A stretch of DNA of 64,000 nt from an uncultured Gammaproteobacteria bacterium (GCA_964573695.1 CAZNKB010000005.1:46012-110011); one strand, 5' to 3'. Positions 47,430 to 56,865 are shown, counted from the first letter of the stretch. Notes: a model not told the origin generated them from the sequence alone. A program made the numbers and translations.

Positions 47430-48644
47430 ATGCCACAATTTTCATTTACCGCAACGCGGGCTCGCTCTCTGCCGCACGCGCGGCTTGGTACGATAGTCAC
47501 TCCACACGGGATTATCCAAACTCCCGCCTTTGTCCCTGTGGGCACACAAGCTTCGGTCAAGTCCCTTACTCCCAACGAGTTGAGTACTTTGGGTGTTCAG
47601 TTGTTTTTTGTAAATACCTATCACACCTATTTACGACCGGGGCTTGATGTCATCCGCCGGTTTGGGGGTCTTCATGCATTTATGGGCTGGACCGGTCCGA
47701 TCATTACGGATAGCGGGGGATTCCAGGTTTTTTCTCTTGCCAGGCCCAAATACACTCCGACCCAGCGGGATGAGGAGCAGGCTGCTTTGGTGAAGATAAC
47801 CGAAGACGGTGTCATGTTTCGATCCCATTGGGACGGAAGCGAGCACTTTTTCAGTCCGGAATTTTCTATGCAGCACCAGTGGGAATTAGGGAGCGACATC
47901 CATATCGCGTTTGACGAGTGTACGCCGTATCCGGCAACGCCTGCCTATGCGCGGCAGGCTATGGACAGGACCCACCGTTGGGCTACACGGTCATTATCGG
48001 AACACCAGCGTCTCTGGAATATCCACAATGCAGCAGGTAAGCCATATCAGGCGTTGTACGGGGTCGTACAGGGAAGTGTTTACGAAGATCTCCGGCGTAA
48101 ATCCGCCGAAACAATTGCCGCTATGGACATTGACGGTATTGCCATAGGAGGGGTATCGGTAGGAGAGAGTAAGGAAGAAATGCAACAAGTGCTTACCTGG
48201 GTGACACCGCTTTTGCCCGAAAAGAAACCCCGGCATTTACTCGGGGTCGGGGAGATAGATGATATTTTCGTATTGGTTGAACATGGTATGGACACCTTTG
48301 ACTGTGTGCAACCCACCAGGCTCGCGCGCATGGGGAAACTCTACGTGCGCCCGGGTTTTGGCACAGACAACCGTCACGCCTATATGATCGACGTCACGAA
48401 AAAAGAGTTCGAAAAAGATACGCATCCTGTTTCAGCGGGCTGCGAGTGTTTTACGTGCAGCCATTTCTCAAAGGCCTATATACATCATCTGTTTAGAGTT
48501 CGGGAGCTGTTGGCCTATCGTTTGGCCAGTATCCATAATATTCATTTTGTCACCAATCTGGTAAGCCAAATACGCGAGTCGCTCAAAGAAGGAACATTCC
48601 TTGAAATGAAGAAGCACTGGCTTTACAATACATACATATCATAA
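47430..48644 (+). CDS. tgt: Queuine tRNA-ribosyltransferase
   Basis: TIM-barrel Tgt motifs (TDSGGFQV, LGVGEIDD) and zinc site CECFTCSHFSKAYIHHL. Confidence 0.9.
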   Translation: MPQFSFTATRARSLPHARLGTIVTPHGIIQTPAFVPVGTQASVKSLTPNELSTLGVQLFFVNTYHTYLRPGLDVIRRFGGLHAFMGWTGPIITDSGGFQVFSLARPKYTPTQRDEEQAALVKITEDGVMFRSHWDGSEHFFSPEFSMQHQWELGSDIHIAFDECTPYPATPAYARQAMDRTHRWATRSLSEHQRLWNIHNAAGKPYQALYGVVQGSVYEDLRRKSAETIAAMDIDGIAIGGVSVGESKEEMQQVLTWVTPLLPEKKPRHLLGVGEIDDIFVLVEHGMDTFDCVQPTRLARMGKLYVRPGFGTDNRHAYMIDVTKKEFEKDTHPVSAGCECFTCSHFSKAYIHHLFRVRELLAYRLASIHNIHFVTNLVSQIRESLKEGTFLEMKKHWLYNTYIS

Positions 48645-48653
48645 GGAGGATTT

Positions 48654-48800
48654 ATGGGACAATTTGGAGGCTATTACAAAGGGGATAAGAAAAAATCAAA
48701 GAAAAAGGACTTGGAGAAAAAAGCTCAAAAGCAATTATCAGGGGGTTCCTGGCAACTTCCTCAGGTGGAAATAATCAAAAAGGGCAAGAAAGAGTGGTAA
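48654..48800 (+). CDS. Small 48-aa Lys-rich protein (not in the ORF track)
   Basis: Strong SD AAGGAGG 6 nt upstream of the ATG. Translation: MGQFGGYYKGDKKKSKKKDLEKKAQKQLSGGSWQLPQVEIIKKGKKEW. Tightly packed between tgt and the next gene. Confidence 0.35.
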   Translation: MGQFGGYYKGDKKKSKKKDLEKKAQKQLSGGSWQLPQVEIIKKGKKEW

Positions 48801-48812
48801 TTGTACCGTACA

Positions 48813-49790
48813 ATGATGCGTTTATCTGCCACGAGGAATCATAGGCCCCCTCAGATGCGCAAGGTGGCCAGGATACTGCCAAGCGTGATCGTTGGCGGTA
48901 TTGGGATCGTTATCGTAGCCCTTGTCATTTTGGGCCTCCGGGCAGCTATTAAGAAAACCCCTTACCGGCAGACTATGGTTATCGCGGGTAACCCAACGCA
49001 TATCCTGTCTCTCAATGCTTCAAGAACTGCGCTAACCATTATTGATTTGCCTGAGGATACGGTTGTTTCCGCGGTAAATGGGTATGGGCATTATTCAATT
49101 CGCTCTCTTATGAGTCTGGATACTCTCGATAACCATCGCGGGGCGCTTGTTATCAATAGTCTAAGCGATGCGATCGGCATCCCGATATCCTGGTACATTA
49201 ACCCGGGAGAGAGTGCCAACGGAGTAGGATCGGTAGAAATGATACGCAGAGTATTTTCATGGGGTAGTGTCGGTAAATTGTTAAGTAGCAGGTTGGAGTC
49301 ATCAATTCCGCTTGTAGACTGGGTAGGATTAGTGTATGCGCTTCGTTTTATCCCTTCAGACGCCGTAACTTTCCTTGATATCGCCCCCGCAATTGTCCCC
49401 ATAGAGTCACCCGACGGAAGCGTGGTACCGACCTTGGATGAATTTAAGCTCGATTTTATACTAGAGAATTCGTTGTATGATGCCGGACTTCGGGCAGAAA
49501 ATCTGACGGTAGCCGTATATAATACCACGCAGGTTCCGACGGTGGGGTCGAGAGCGTCACGACAACTTGCCCGTATTGGTATACAGCTTGTGTTTGTGGG
49601 CAATGCAGAGCCGGCTATCACGGGATGCAAAATTACAGGGACAAAGGAGGCACAAAAATCCAAGACCGCTCAGTTTATCCGATCGTATTTCTTGTGTACT
49701 CAAGCCGCTGATGACGAACGTATCGGAAAGGGGACAGGCGCTGATTTGGTTGTGGAATTGGGGTCTGACTATGCCGCCCGTTACAAATGA
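48813..49790 (+). CDS. Membrane-anchored protein with a LytR_C-like C-terminal domain (LCP-family-like, tentative)
   Basis: N-terminal TM segment. C-terminal ENLTVAVYNTTQVPTVGSRASRQLARIGIQLVFVGNA resembles LytR C-terminal domains. Confidence 0.4.
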   Translation: MMRLSATRNHRPPQMRKVARILPSVIVGGIGIVIVALVILGLRAAIKKTPYRQTMVIAGNPTHILSLNASRTALTIIDLPEDTVVSAVNGYGHYSIRSLMSLDTLDNHRGALVINSLSDAIGIPISWYINPGESANGVGSVEMIRRVFSWGSVGKLLSSRLESSIPLVDWVGLVYALRFIPSDAVTFLDIAPAIVPIESPDGSVVPTLDEFKLDFILENSLYDAGLRAENLTVAVYNTTQVPTVGSRASRQLARIGIQLVFVGNAEPAITGCKITGTKEAQKSKTAQFIRSYFLCTQAADDERIGKGTGADLVVELGSDYAARYK

Positions 49791-49791
49791 C

Positions 49792-50505
49792 CTACTCGTC
49801 TGTATCAGCCTCTTTGGGGTCGCTGTCAGAATCCGTCCCGATATCTTCTCGTTCTGATCGGGTAAATGGAACGTACATTGCAGTTGATGCAAATGACGGT
49901 TGTGTCAGGTAGCGTTTTCCTCTCGATAATTCACGGATAAATACAGTCAGCGTATTCTTCCCGATTGATTTGACGAGTGCCTGATATGTATTACCGACCG
50001 CCAAAAATTTGATCAGCCGGAACGATAAATCGTCAGGTAGGGCCGCTAAATACACATTACTGGAGTTTCTCACCTCGACGACATGATTTCTTGCTTTGAG
50101 TTCGACTTCTTCTCCCGGTGACACCGTTGCCAGTGCGGAAAGCGGTGCAGAATTTACACATTCGACAATTTTTGTTTTCCCGGGCTCCTCAAGGAAAGAC
50201 ATGGGTGTGACCTGCTTTTTGTTTGCTTTTAGAAGATCTTTCTGTCGGACGGACCCAAGTTTTTTGAGGTTTTTTATGGCTATTTGGTTGTATTCATCCA
50301 GCTTTGTAACCTTAAGAAAGGTCTTTTTGGCTTGGGTGATTTGTCCGCTTTGCAAATAGGCAAACCCGAGTCTGTTAAGCAAGCTTATGTTGTTTTTGTC
50401 GGTTTTGAGGAGAGTGGAGTTGATCCGTATGGCCTCTTTCCAGTCTTGGGCAAGTGCTGCATTTATTGCAGAAAGGTCGGAAATATTTGGATCGCTCATG
50501 GTCAT
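49792..50505 (-). CDS. TPR-repeat protein
   Basis: N-terminal TPR-like helices (LGFAYLQSGQITQAKKTFLKVTKLDEYN) and an acidic C-terminal tail. Confidence 0.5.
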   Translation of the reverse strand: MTMSDPNISDLSAINAALAQDWKEAIRINSTLLKTDKNNISLLNRLGFAYLQSGQITQAKKTFLKVTKLDEYNQIAIKNLKKLGSVRQKDLLKANKKQVTPMSFLEEPGKTKIVECVNSAPLSALATVSPGEEVELKARNHVVEVRNSSNVYLAALPDDLSFRLIKFLAVGNTYQALVKSIGKNTLTVFIRELSRGKRYLTQPSFASTAMYVPFTRSEREDIGTDSDSDPKEADTDE

Positions 50506-50561
50506 TGAGGTTACCAGAGTTTCTTGAGAAAAGTCAAGACAGAAGATACAATGAGGCGAGT

Positions 50562-51281
50562 ATGAGCGGACATTCCAAGTGGAGCAAAGTCAAACATCAG
50601 AAAGCGACGACAGACGCGGTGAAAAGCAGAGCGTTTACCAAGGCATCACGCGGTATTACCGTAGCAGTGCGGGAAGGCGGAGGGATTGCGGATCCGGACA
50701 AAAATTTCCGCCTGCGTCTCGCTATCGAATTTGCAAAATCCGTTAATATGCCCAAAGACACGATAGAGCGCGCGATAGAGAAAGGAGCGGGCTCGGGGGG
50801 AGCGGCGTACGAAAACCTGTTATACGAAGGGTATGGGCCGGGAGGAATAGCATTTTTGGTAGAGGCTGCCACTGATAACCACCAGCGGACCGCATCAGAA
50901 GTCAAACATGAGTTTGATCACGCGGGAGGATCGTTAGCGTCGCCGGGGGCAGTCAGTTATCAGTTCAAGAAACGCGGACTGGTGCTCGTATCCAAAGCGT
51001 CGGTCTCGCCGGACTCGATGCTGGAGGTGGCTCTTAGCGCGGGCGCGGATGACGTCGTAGAGCGTGATGATGTCTATGAAATATTTACCAAAAGCGCGGT
51101 ATTGTCTCAGGTGAAGCGGGCACTGGAATCCGCAGGGATGATGATCGATCATACGGGATTTATCATGCAGTCCGATTCCCAGGTGAATCCGGGGGAATCC
51201 GTGCGACCAAAAATTGAGCAATTAGTGGAATCGCTAGAGGCGCTTGATGACGTGCAAAATGTTTATACAACTATGGAGTGA
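50562..51281 (+). CDS. yebC: YebC/PmpR-family transcriptional regulator
   Basis: MSGHSKWSKVKHQKA N-terminus, diagnostic of the family. Confidence 0.9.
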   Translation: MSGHSKWSKVKHQKATTDAVKSRAFTKASRGITVAVREGGGIADPDKNFRLRLAIEFAKSVNMPKDTIERAIEKGAGSGGAAYENLLYEGYGPGGIAFLVEAATDNHQRTASEVKHEFDHAGGSLASPGAVSYQFKKRGLVLVSKASVSPDSMLEVALSAGADDVVERDDVYEIFTKSAVLSQVKRALESAGMMIDHTGFIMQSDSQVNPGESVRPKIEQLVESLEALDDVQNVYTTME

Positions 51282-51305
51282 TTTTTGTCATACAATAGGG
51301 GAGAC

Positions 51306-52145
51306 ATGCCAAAGAAATTGTTAACTTCCATTACAAAGCGGTTCCAACGCTGGGAACGCACGCAACCGTTTACCAAGCGTCAGCAGTTTGTCATCATAAC
51401 CGGATTATTGACCGGAGTGCTCATGCTTACGCAGCTGGTTTCATTGGATTTTCGCTATCCTATGGTAGGTGTGTTGGCGGTGTTGAGTTATCTTTTGTGT
51501 GCGTTTGCGTTGCGTGATGATCTTCGCGGTCACGAATGGTTCACGCTGCTTATTTTGCCGTCTTTTTTTACGGCGGCTGTTGCGGTGTTTTATTTTTTGT
51601 TACCGACCCGTTGGTTGACCCGGCTTCCGATCGTCGTACTCTATGCCATTGGCATGTATGCGTTGCTCCTAACCGAAAATATTTATAATGTGGCTGCAGC
51701 ACGGACGATTGCACTTCTTCGCGCTGCACACTCGGTGGGGTTTTTGCTCACGCTTGCGACATTTTTCCTACTGTCCCAGACGATTTTGGCCTATCGTTTT
51801 TCCGGATGGTTTAGCGCCTTGCTTATGGGGATCGTGACGTATCCTTTGACTATACAAATATTGTGGGCTACCAATTTGGAATCACAAATAGGGAAGTCTA
51901 TAAAGGAAATAACGCTTGTCGTGAGTATTATCCTTATAGAGTTGGCTTGGGTTTTTTCATTTCTTCCCGTCAGGACGACTCTTCTCGCATTGTTTCTTAC
52001 GACCGTCTTTTATGGTCTCGTGGGCATGGGCCAGCAGTACCTCGCAGATCGACTTTACAAACGGACAGTCTGGGAATTCTTCGGCGTTGTTGCAATCGTA
52101 TTTGTGATTTTGTTGTTAACAATTAATTGGCGATCCGCCATATAA
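51306..52145 (+). CDS. Hypothetical polytopic membrane protein
   Basis: About eight TM helices. SD GGGAGA upstream of the ATG at 51306. Confidence 0.45.
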   Translation: MPKKLLTSITKRFQRWERTQPFTKRQQFVIITGLLTGVLMLTQLVSLDFRYPMVGVLAVLSYLLCAFALRDDLRGHEWFTLLILPSFFTAAVAVFYFLLPTRWLTRLPIVVLYAIGMYALLLTENIYNVAAARTIALLRAAHSVGFLLTLATFFLLSQTILAYRFSGWFSALLMGIVTYPLTIQILWATNLESQIGKSIKEITLVVSIILIELAWVFSFLPVRTTLLALFLTTVFYGLVGMGQQYLADRLYKRTVWEFFGVVAIVFVILLLTINWRSAI

Positions 52146-53366
52146 GTTTCAAAGAGGTGCAAAACACGGGGACCTGCCTCGCCGGCAAGGCGGAGTGGGA
52201 GAGTGGTATAGTTTGATATAGTTGATATAGTTTGATATATGTCGGTAAAACTATAGGGTATAATGTGGATAATTATTTTCACGGCGTCCGACAAGTATTT
52301 TCACAGCCTCACCGCAAGCTGGCCACAGCCTGCATGAGGCTAAACTATAGGGTAGAGTAAGTCTTGGGTCCTTCGCACTCGCTTCTTTGAGTACACAAAG
52401 TGTGCGATAAAATGACTATTCGGATTGTTGTAACGCGCTAAATACGATATATCAATACGTCCGGAGTAGTGAATAGCAGCCTCAAATATACGAGTTTGGA
52501 GCATAATACGGCGCTAAATAAAGCCGAAAAGCAAACAAGCTTAGCAGTACTGTTACGTAAACGCTAACATTAGCCTCATATGACGCCGGGAAGCGGATAG
52601 AATACGCACGAAATGCTGTAAGCGGGGCGTTATCATGCTCCATTCTCGTTTTTCACAAGCGGCAATAATATATACATGCAGCCTTGAAAATAGTGATTTG
52701 GAGCGTATGAATGCTCTAAATTGCAACGTCTCCGGCAATCGGACATGCAGCGGAGTGGGATATTAGCCTCAAAAATGTGTAATTAGCGCATTAATACGCG
52801 CTAACTGTGTATAGCATAAAAAACCCGAATGCCCGTTGAGAAGACGCAGGTAATGCTGCGCATTTTTCGTCTTGGGCAGAGCACAGGATTTGTAACGTCT
52901 GCTAGCCTCACTTCAGGGGTGTTACGAGGAGAGGGGTCGCATTCTCCTCCGGGGGTGCCACCGTGGTTTTTTTATCCCTGTTTCGGCCTCAAGTGTTTTC
53001 TGGTTGATTCACGGCGGGGAAGAAAAATCACTATAGTCGCACAATAATACTTTTGCGACGTTAGTATCAGGCATGTGCCTGAATAGGACTTTTGTTGTCG
53101 CGTCGTTGTTCTTGTATTGTTTAAGCAAATTGTATGCGATTGTCGTGCAGTTATTTTTTTTGGCGCTTCGCTATTCTCCTTTGGATTTGGTCGCGTTTTT
53201 TTTGGATCTCCTATGGCAACGATTAGACCTGTTTATAGGGTTACGTATTGTTACTTTTCCGGTCCTACGGGCCGTATTGATTTGTGCGGTTTGGTTGAGA
53301 CGTCTACTTGTACGTCTTTTCGTAATCAGGGGCCTTGTAGGTCAGTACAGGGGCAGGAATTTGAGG
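52146..53366. other. ORF-poor 1.2 kb region with degenerate ~200-bp tandem units and recurring TTAGCCTCA/CGCTAAAT motifs; candidate non-coding RNA locus
   Basis: No convincing ORF on either strand. Related 44-nt segments at 52476-52519 and 52678-52721, period 202 bp. AGCCTCA motif at 52305, 52335(rc), 52478, 52572, 52765, 52904 and 53362(rc). TATAAT at 52259-52264. 7-bp hairpin 52926-52949 followed by T7 at 52967-52973. Confidence 0.45.
52207..52240. repeat. Short tandem repeat (TATAGTTTGA TATAGTTGA TATAGTTTGA TATAT)
   Basis: About 3.5 copies of a 9-10 bp unit immediately upstream of the promoter-like TATAAT. Confidence 0.6.
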
Positions 53367-54065
53367 CTAAATCGATCGAAACAGATACTGGCCCAAAATC
53401 ACGGTTTTTGAGGGGCTGGCGCCGGCATTCATCTGTACTAAGGAGACATTGGTTGCTGTAAAAGATCCAATCATCAGATCTTTCATAGTCGTGAGTTTTT
53501 CGATAAATTCCGGCGACGGTTTATGGGTATACCGGCAAATCGTTATATTGGCAAAAATGATTTCATCGGTAAAGTATTTTTTGTCATCGGGCACATGGGC
53601 GTCAACAAGTTTGTTGCGGAGCTTTTTGACGAATTGGTCATATTCGGGGCTTACGAGTGCAATAATGGAAACACTCGTGGGCATACTGAGGAGTCCGGCA
53701 AGGGTAAATTGGAATGGTTCTGATGACGGTATTTCTTCGGCCAATACACGTTGCGCTTTGGCTATATCTGACGCGCCAAAATGTGGCGGATTGTTGATGA
53801 CCCTGATATTTTGGATAGTAAGATGCAGCGCATTATCAGGGTAATAATAAAATTCAGGTTCTATGATTTGAAGCGGCTGAATAAGTTGAGTTTGGATTGT
53901 CGCAGTAAGATTTTTGTCTATAAAACTAATGCATGTTAATGCGATTTGTGGATCGTTCACATAATCCGTTTGCATAGGGACAATGGTTGACGCGTGAGCG
54001 CCATTGGCGAGAGTTGCCTCCATTTGGCGCATCAGATTAAGCTGTTTCTGTTGAAAAGGAGTCAC
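53367..54065 (-). CDS. 2H-phosphoesterase-superfamily-like protein (LigT-like, tentative)
   Basis: First H-x-T-x motif present (HLTIQ). At the expected second motif the sequence reads ANITICR, with Asn in place of His. Confidence 0.3.
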   Translation of the reverse strand: MTPFQQKQLNLMRQMEATLANGAHASTIVPMQTDYVNDPQIALTCISFIDKNLTATIQTQLIQPLQIIEPEFYYYPDNALHLTIQNIRVINNPPHFGASDIAKAQRVLAEEIPSSEPFQFTLAGLLSMPTSVSIIALVSPEYDQFVKKLRNKLVDAHVPDDKKYFTDEIIFANITICRYTHKPSPEFIEKLTTMKDLMIGSFTATNVSLVQMNAGASPSKTVILGQYLFRSI

Positions 54066-54129
54066 TATATCATTCTAGCATATTGACAATACTAATCATG
54101 TCGTACAATGATTGTTGTAGAGACGTCTT

Positions 54130-55116
54130 ATGGATTTAGACCAACTGATCAAAGATTTCCTGGAATATCTTGAAATTGAGCGAAATGTTTCGCAATTAAC
54201 AATCCGGAACTACCGGCATTATTTGGAGCGATTTGTGCGCTTTTTAGCGCATACCGGAGCCCCCTCCCCTACTAGTCCCCCCTCCGTGTCTGGCGAAGCC
54301 GGATCCCGCTTCGCGGGAAAAACTGTGAATATAACCGATATTCATCCAGAATCCATCCGTCAATATCGGTTGTATCTGTCCCGTTTCGTCGATGAAAAAG
54401 GGATGAGCCTCAAACGCGTGACTCAAAATTATCACCTGATCGCACTTCGGAGTTTTCTTAAGTATATGGCTAAACGCGACATCCCGACTATTTCTCCGGA
54501 CAAAATCGATCTGCCGAAAGCAGAAAGCAGGTCGATTAAATTTTTGGAACACAATGACATGGAACGTTTGTTGAATATGCCTGAAATCAGTACCAAAGAA
54601 GGGTTACGGGACAAAGCGATACTGGAGGTATTATTTTCTACCGGACTTCGGGTATCGGAACTCGTGAGTTTGAACCGCGATCAGATTAATTTGGACCGCC
54701 GGGAGTTTAGTGTCGTCGGCAAAGGCCGTCGTACCCGCATTGTATTTTTATCCGAGCGCGCGGCTGATTGGTTACGCCGATATATCGCGACCCGGGAAGA
54801 TGATCTCCGGCCAATATTTATCCGCTATAGTGGAAAAACCCCCGACGAACATGACACTACGGGCGAATCGATCAGACTGACTGCGCGCTCTGTCCAGCGC
54901 GGCGTCGAGAAATACGTCAAAAAAGCAAAGCTGATGATCAAAATTACGCCGCACGGACTTCGCCATACATTTGCAACCGATCTCTTGGGCAATGGTGCAG
55001 ACTTGCGGGCTATTCAGGAATTGTTGGGGCACAAAAATGTGTCGACCACCCAGATTTACACGCACATTACTAATCCGCAGCTTAAAGAAATTCACGACAA
55101 ATTTCATAGCAAATAA
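54130..55116 (+). CDS. xerC: Tyrosine recombinase XerC/XerD-like
   Basis: N-terminal SAM-like domain with a Pro/Ser-rich insertion. Catalytic R...HxxR...Y (HGLRHTFATDLL, LGHKNVSTTQIYTH). Confidence 0.85.
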   Translation: MDLDQLIKDFLEYLEIERNVSQLTIRNYRHYLERFVRFLAHTGAPSPTSPPSVSGEAGSRFAGKTVNITDIHPESIRQYRLYLSRFVDEKGMSLKRVTQNYHLIALRSFLKYMAKRDIPTISPDKIDLPKAESRSIKFLEHNDMERLLNMPEISTKEGLRDKAILEVLFSTGLRVSELVSLNRDQINLDRREFSVVGKGRRTRIVFLSERAADWLRRYIATREDDLRPIFIRYSGKTPDEHDTTGESIRLTARSVQRGVEKYVKKAKLMIKITPHGLRHTFATDLLGNGADLRAIQELLGHKNVSTTQIYTHITNPQLKEIHDKFHSK

Positions 55117-55133
55117 ATGCACGTATCATATCG

Positions 55134-56129
55134 ATGAACATCACCGTTTTATATAACAAGCCTGCAGCTCGCTTTACGTCCCATACGAAGAATGTGGAAG
55201 CAGAGGAGGATACTGAAGAGTCCGCAGATGAAGTCGCCGCGGCACTTCGGAGTAAGGGAGCTCAAGTTTCTGTCGTACCGATTACGGAAACCACCATACC
55301 GGAAACCGTCGCAGCGTTACCAAACGATCTTATATTTAACCTGATCGAGTGGACCGGAACAGATGCCACCTATGCTGCGCAAACGTATGATCTTCTCCAT
55401 ACTCGCGGCCTTTCGTATACCGGGGCTACAAAGGAGAGTTATTTCCTCTCCTGCGATAAAATCGCGATGAAAAAGAGACTCGTTGCCGGCGGATTCCCTA
55501 CCGCTTCTTGGCAGGAGTTTGTCACAGGCGATGAACCTATACGGAGTGATTTGCCCTTTCCCGTCATTGTGAAAATCAGTCTGGAACACTCCAGCGTCGG
55601 ACTTTCAAAGGAAGCAATCATCGATGATGCTCATCACCTCCGTGCGTTTGTAAAAAAGCAAATTGCGGCATTTCGCCAGCCGGTGCTCGCAGAACAATTT
55701 TTGACCGGCAGAGAGTTTCAGGTGACGTTGGTTGAAAAGAAGAACGGACTTGCAGTCCTTCCCCCAGCGGAGGTTATCTATACCAAGGGAACCAATGTGC
55801 CATTTCTGACCTATGAAAGCCGGTGGAACGCAGATCACCCTGATTTTCAAAATTCAACGGTCGTGCTGGCGACATTATCGGATCAGCTCGCCCGACAAGT
55901 GGATCGCATGTGCCGCGGGGTATTTACCGATATGGGATATCGGGATTATGCACGGTTCGATCTACGGTGTTTCGGAGAGCAGCCGATGTTTTTGGAAGTG
56001 AATTCTAATCCCGGGTTAAGCGATGATGAACAGTACGGTATGACCGTATCTTATAAAGCCGTTGGCATGACATTTGCGGATTTCGTTTGGGAAATCGTGG
56101 AATCCGCCAAGCGAAGAATTACGGGATGA
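55134..56129 (+). CDS. ATP-grasp enzyme (D-Ala-D-Ala ligase-like)
   Basis: Ddl-like N-terminal domain and ATP-grasp motifs (FPVIVKISLEHSSVGLS, LEVNSNPGLS). Confidence 0.65.
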   Translation: MNITVLYNKPAARFTSHTKNVEAEEDTEESADEVAAALRSKGAQVSVVPITETTIPETVAALPNDLIFNLIEWTGTDATYAAQTYDLLHTRGLSYTGATKESYFLSCDKIAMKKRLVAGGFPTASWQEFVTGDEPIRSDLPFPVIVKISLEHSSVGLSKEAIIDDAHHLRAFVKKQIAAFRQPVLAEQFLTGREFQVTLVEKKNGLAVLPPAEVIYTKGTNVPFLTYESRWNADHPDFQNSTVVLATLSDQLARQVDRMCRGVFTDMGYRDYARFDLRCFGEQPMFLEVNSNPGLSDDEQYGMTVSYKAVGMTFADFVWEIVESAKRRITG

Positions 56130-56712
56130 ACACGCGGGCAGTGTCCGTTCGGAAATACGGCAACGATTCGGGATCACGAGCGATAACCAGCATAAGCTGC
56201 GGCTGCCATTTGCGGATAAGCCGGAATTTATTGCTATTTTTCTTCACTTTTTTGCGTTTGAAATCGTAATCCCACCAGCGCAGGCGGAAATCATTCCATG
56301 CGTACGATTTACGTTTTCCGGTTGAGCTGTCGAGGAGCACGATGCGGGATTTGCTGGATAAATATGACGCAACCACTGCCCAGTGTCCGGACTCCGGTTG
56401 GGGTTCGTGTCGCTCGTTGACGTCGTATAAGTAAGAAACGATGACAGCACAAGGTTCTTTAGGTCGGTATTTCAATGCGCTTTGCAAATGGTGAAGCGTG
56501 GCATACTCTACAACAAGAACGGATAGACCGAGTTTGTTTGCTGCCTCGATCATATGTTTTGTGGAGGTCCCGTTTCTTCCTGTTTTGCAAAGAGAGATGA
56601 GTCGGTCCATGGAGGCCCGCATGCCCAACACGCTCAACGCGTGTTTAAGCGACGCCGGTCCGCACGTTGTGTCATCCGGCTGCATGATTGGTTTGACATG
56701 TGATCTACCCAT
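56119..56712 (-). CDS. Papain-like cysteine peptidase domain protein (C39-like)
   Basis: QPDDTTCGPASLKHAL Cys motif and a downstream His (GHWAVV). Converges on, and overlaps by 11 nt, the ATP-grasp gene. Confidence 0.45.
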   Translation of the reverse strand: MGRSHVKPIMQPDDTTCGPASLKHALSVLGMRASMDRLISLCKTGRNGTSTKHMIEAANKLGLSVLVVEYATLHHLQSALKYRPKEPCAVIVSYLYDVNERHEPQPESGHWAVVASYLSSKSRIVLLDSSTGKRKSYAWNDFRLRWWDYDFKRKKVKKNSNKFRLIRKWQPQLMLVIARDPESLPYFRTDTARVFIP

Positions 56713-56865
56713 AGTATTTTGACAAAAAAGTATGTTTTGAAAACAAGGGGTCTCGCGGAGCGAGATCCTGCTCCGCAGGACGCTGGAACAACCATTTTAC
56801 CCCGTTCAGAAATGACCAGCAAGACCTATAGTAGGTCTAACTTTGAGGCTAATTAGCTACGAATA

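Noticed and set aside
52511-52560. Possible tmRNA tag-like reading (GCCGAAAAGCAAACAAGCTTAGCAGTA...) in the ORF-poor region
   Set aside because: No frame yields a canonical ...ALAA-type tag followed by a stop. No tRNA-like acceptor/T-arm (GGTTCGA-type) is present nearby.
52926-52973. Classical rho-independent terminator call for the hairpin plus T7
   Set aside because: The T-run begins 17 nt after the 7-bp stem, too far for a canonical intrinsic terminator. Kept only as a terminator-like signal inside the ncRNA-locus finding.
53073-53461. ORFs 53073-53411 and 53117-53461 (+)
   Set aside because: They lie in the strongly GT-skewed stretch, giving low-complexity Leu/Phe/Val-rich translations that are compositional artefacts. 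No RBS or start-context support.
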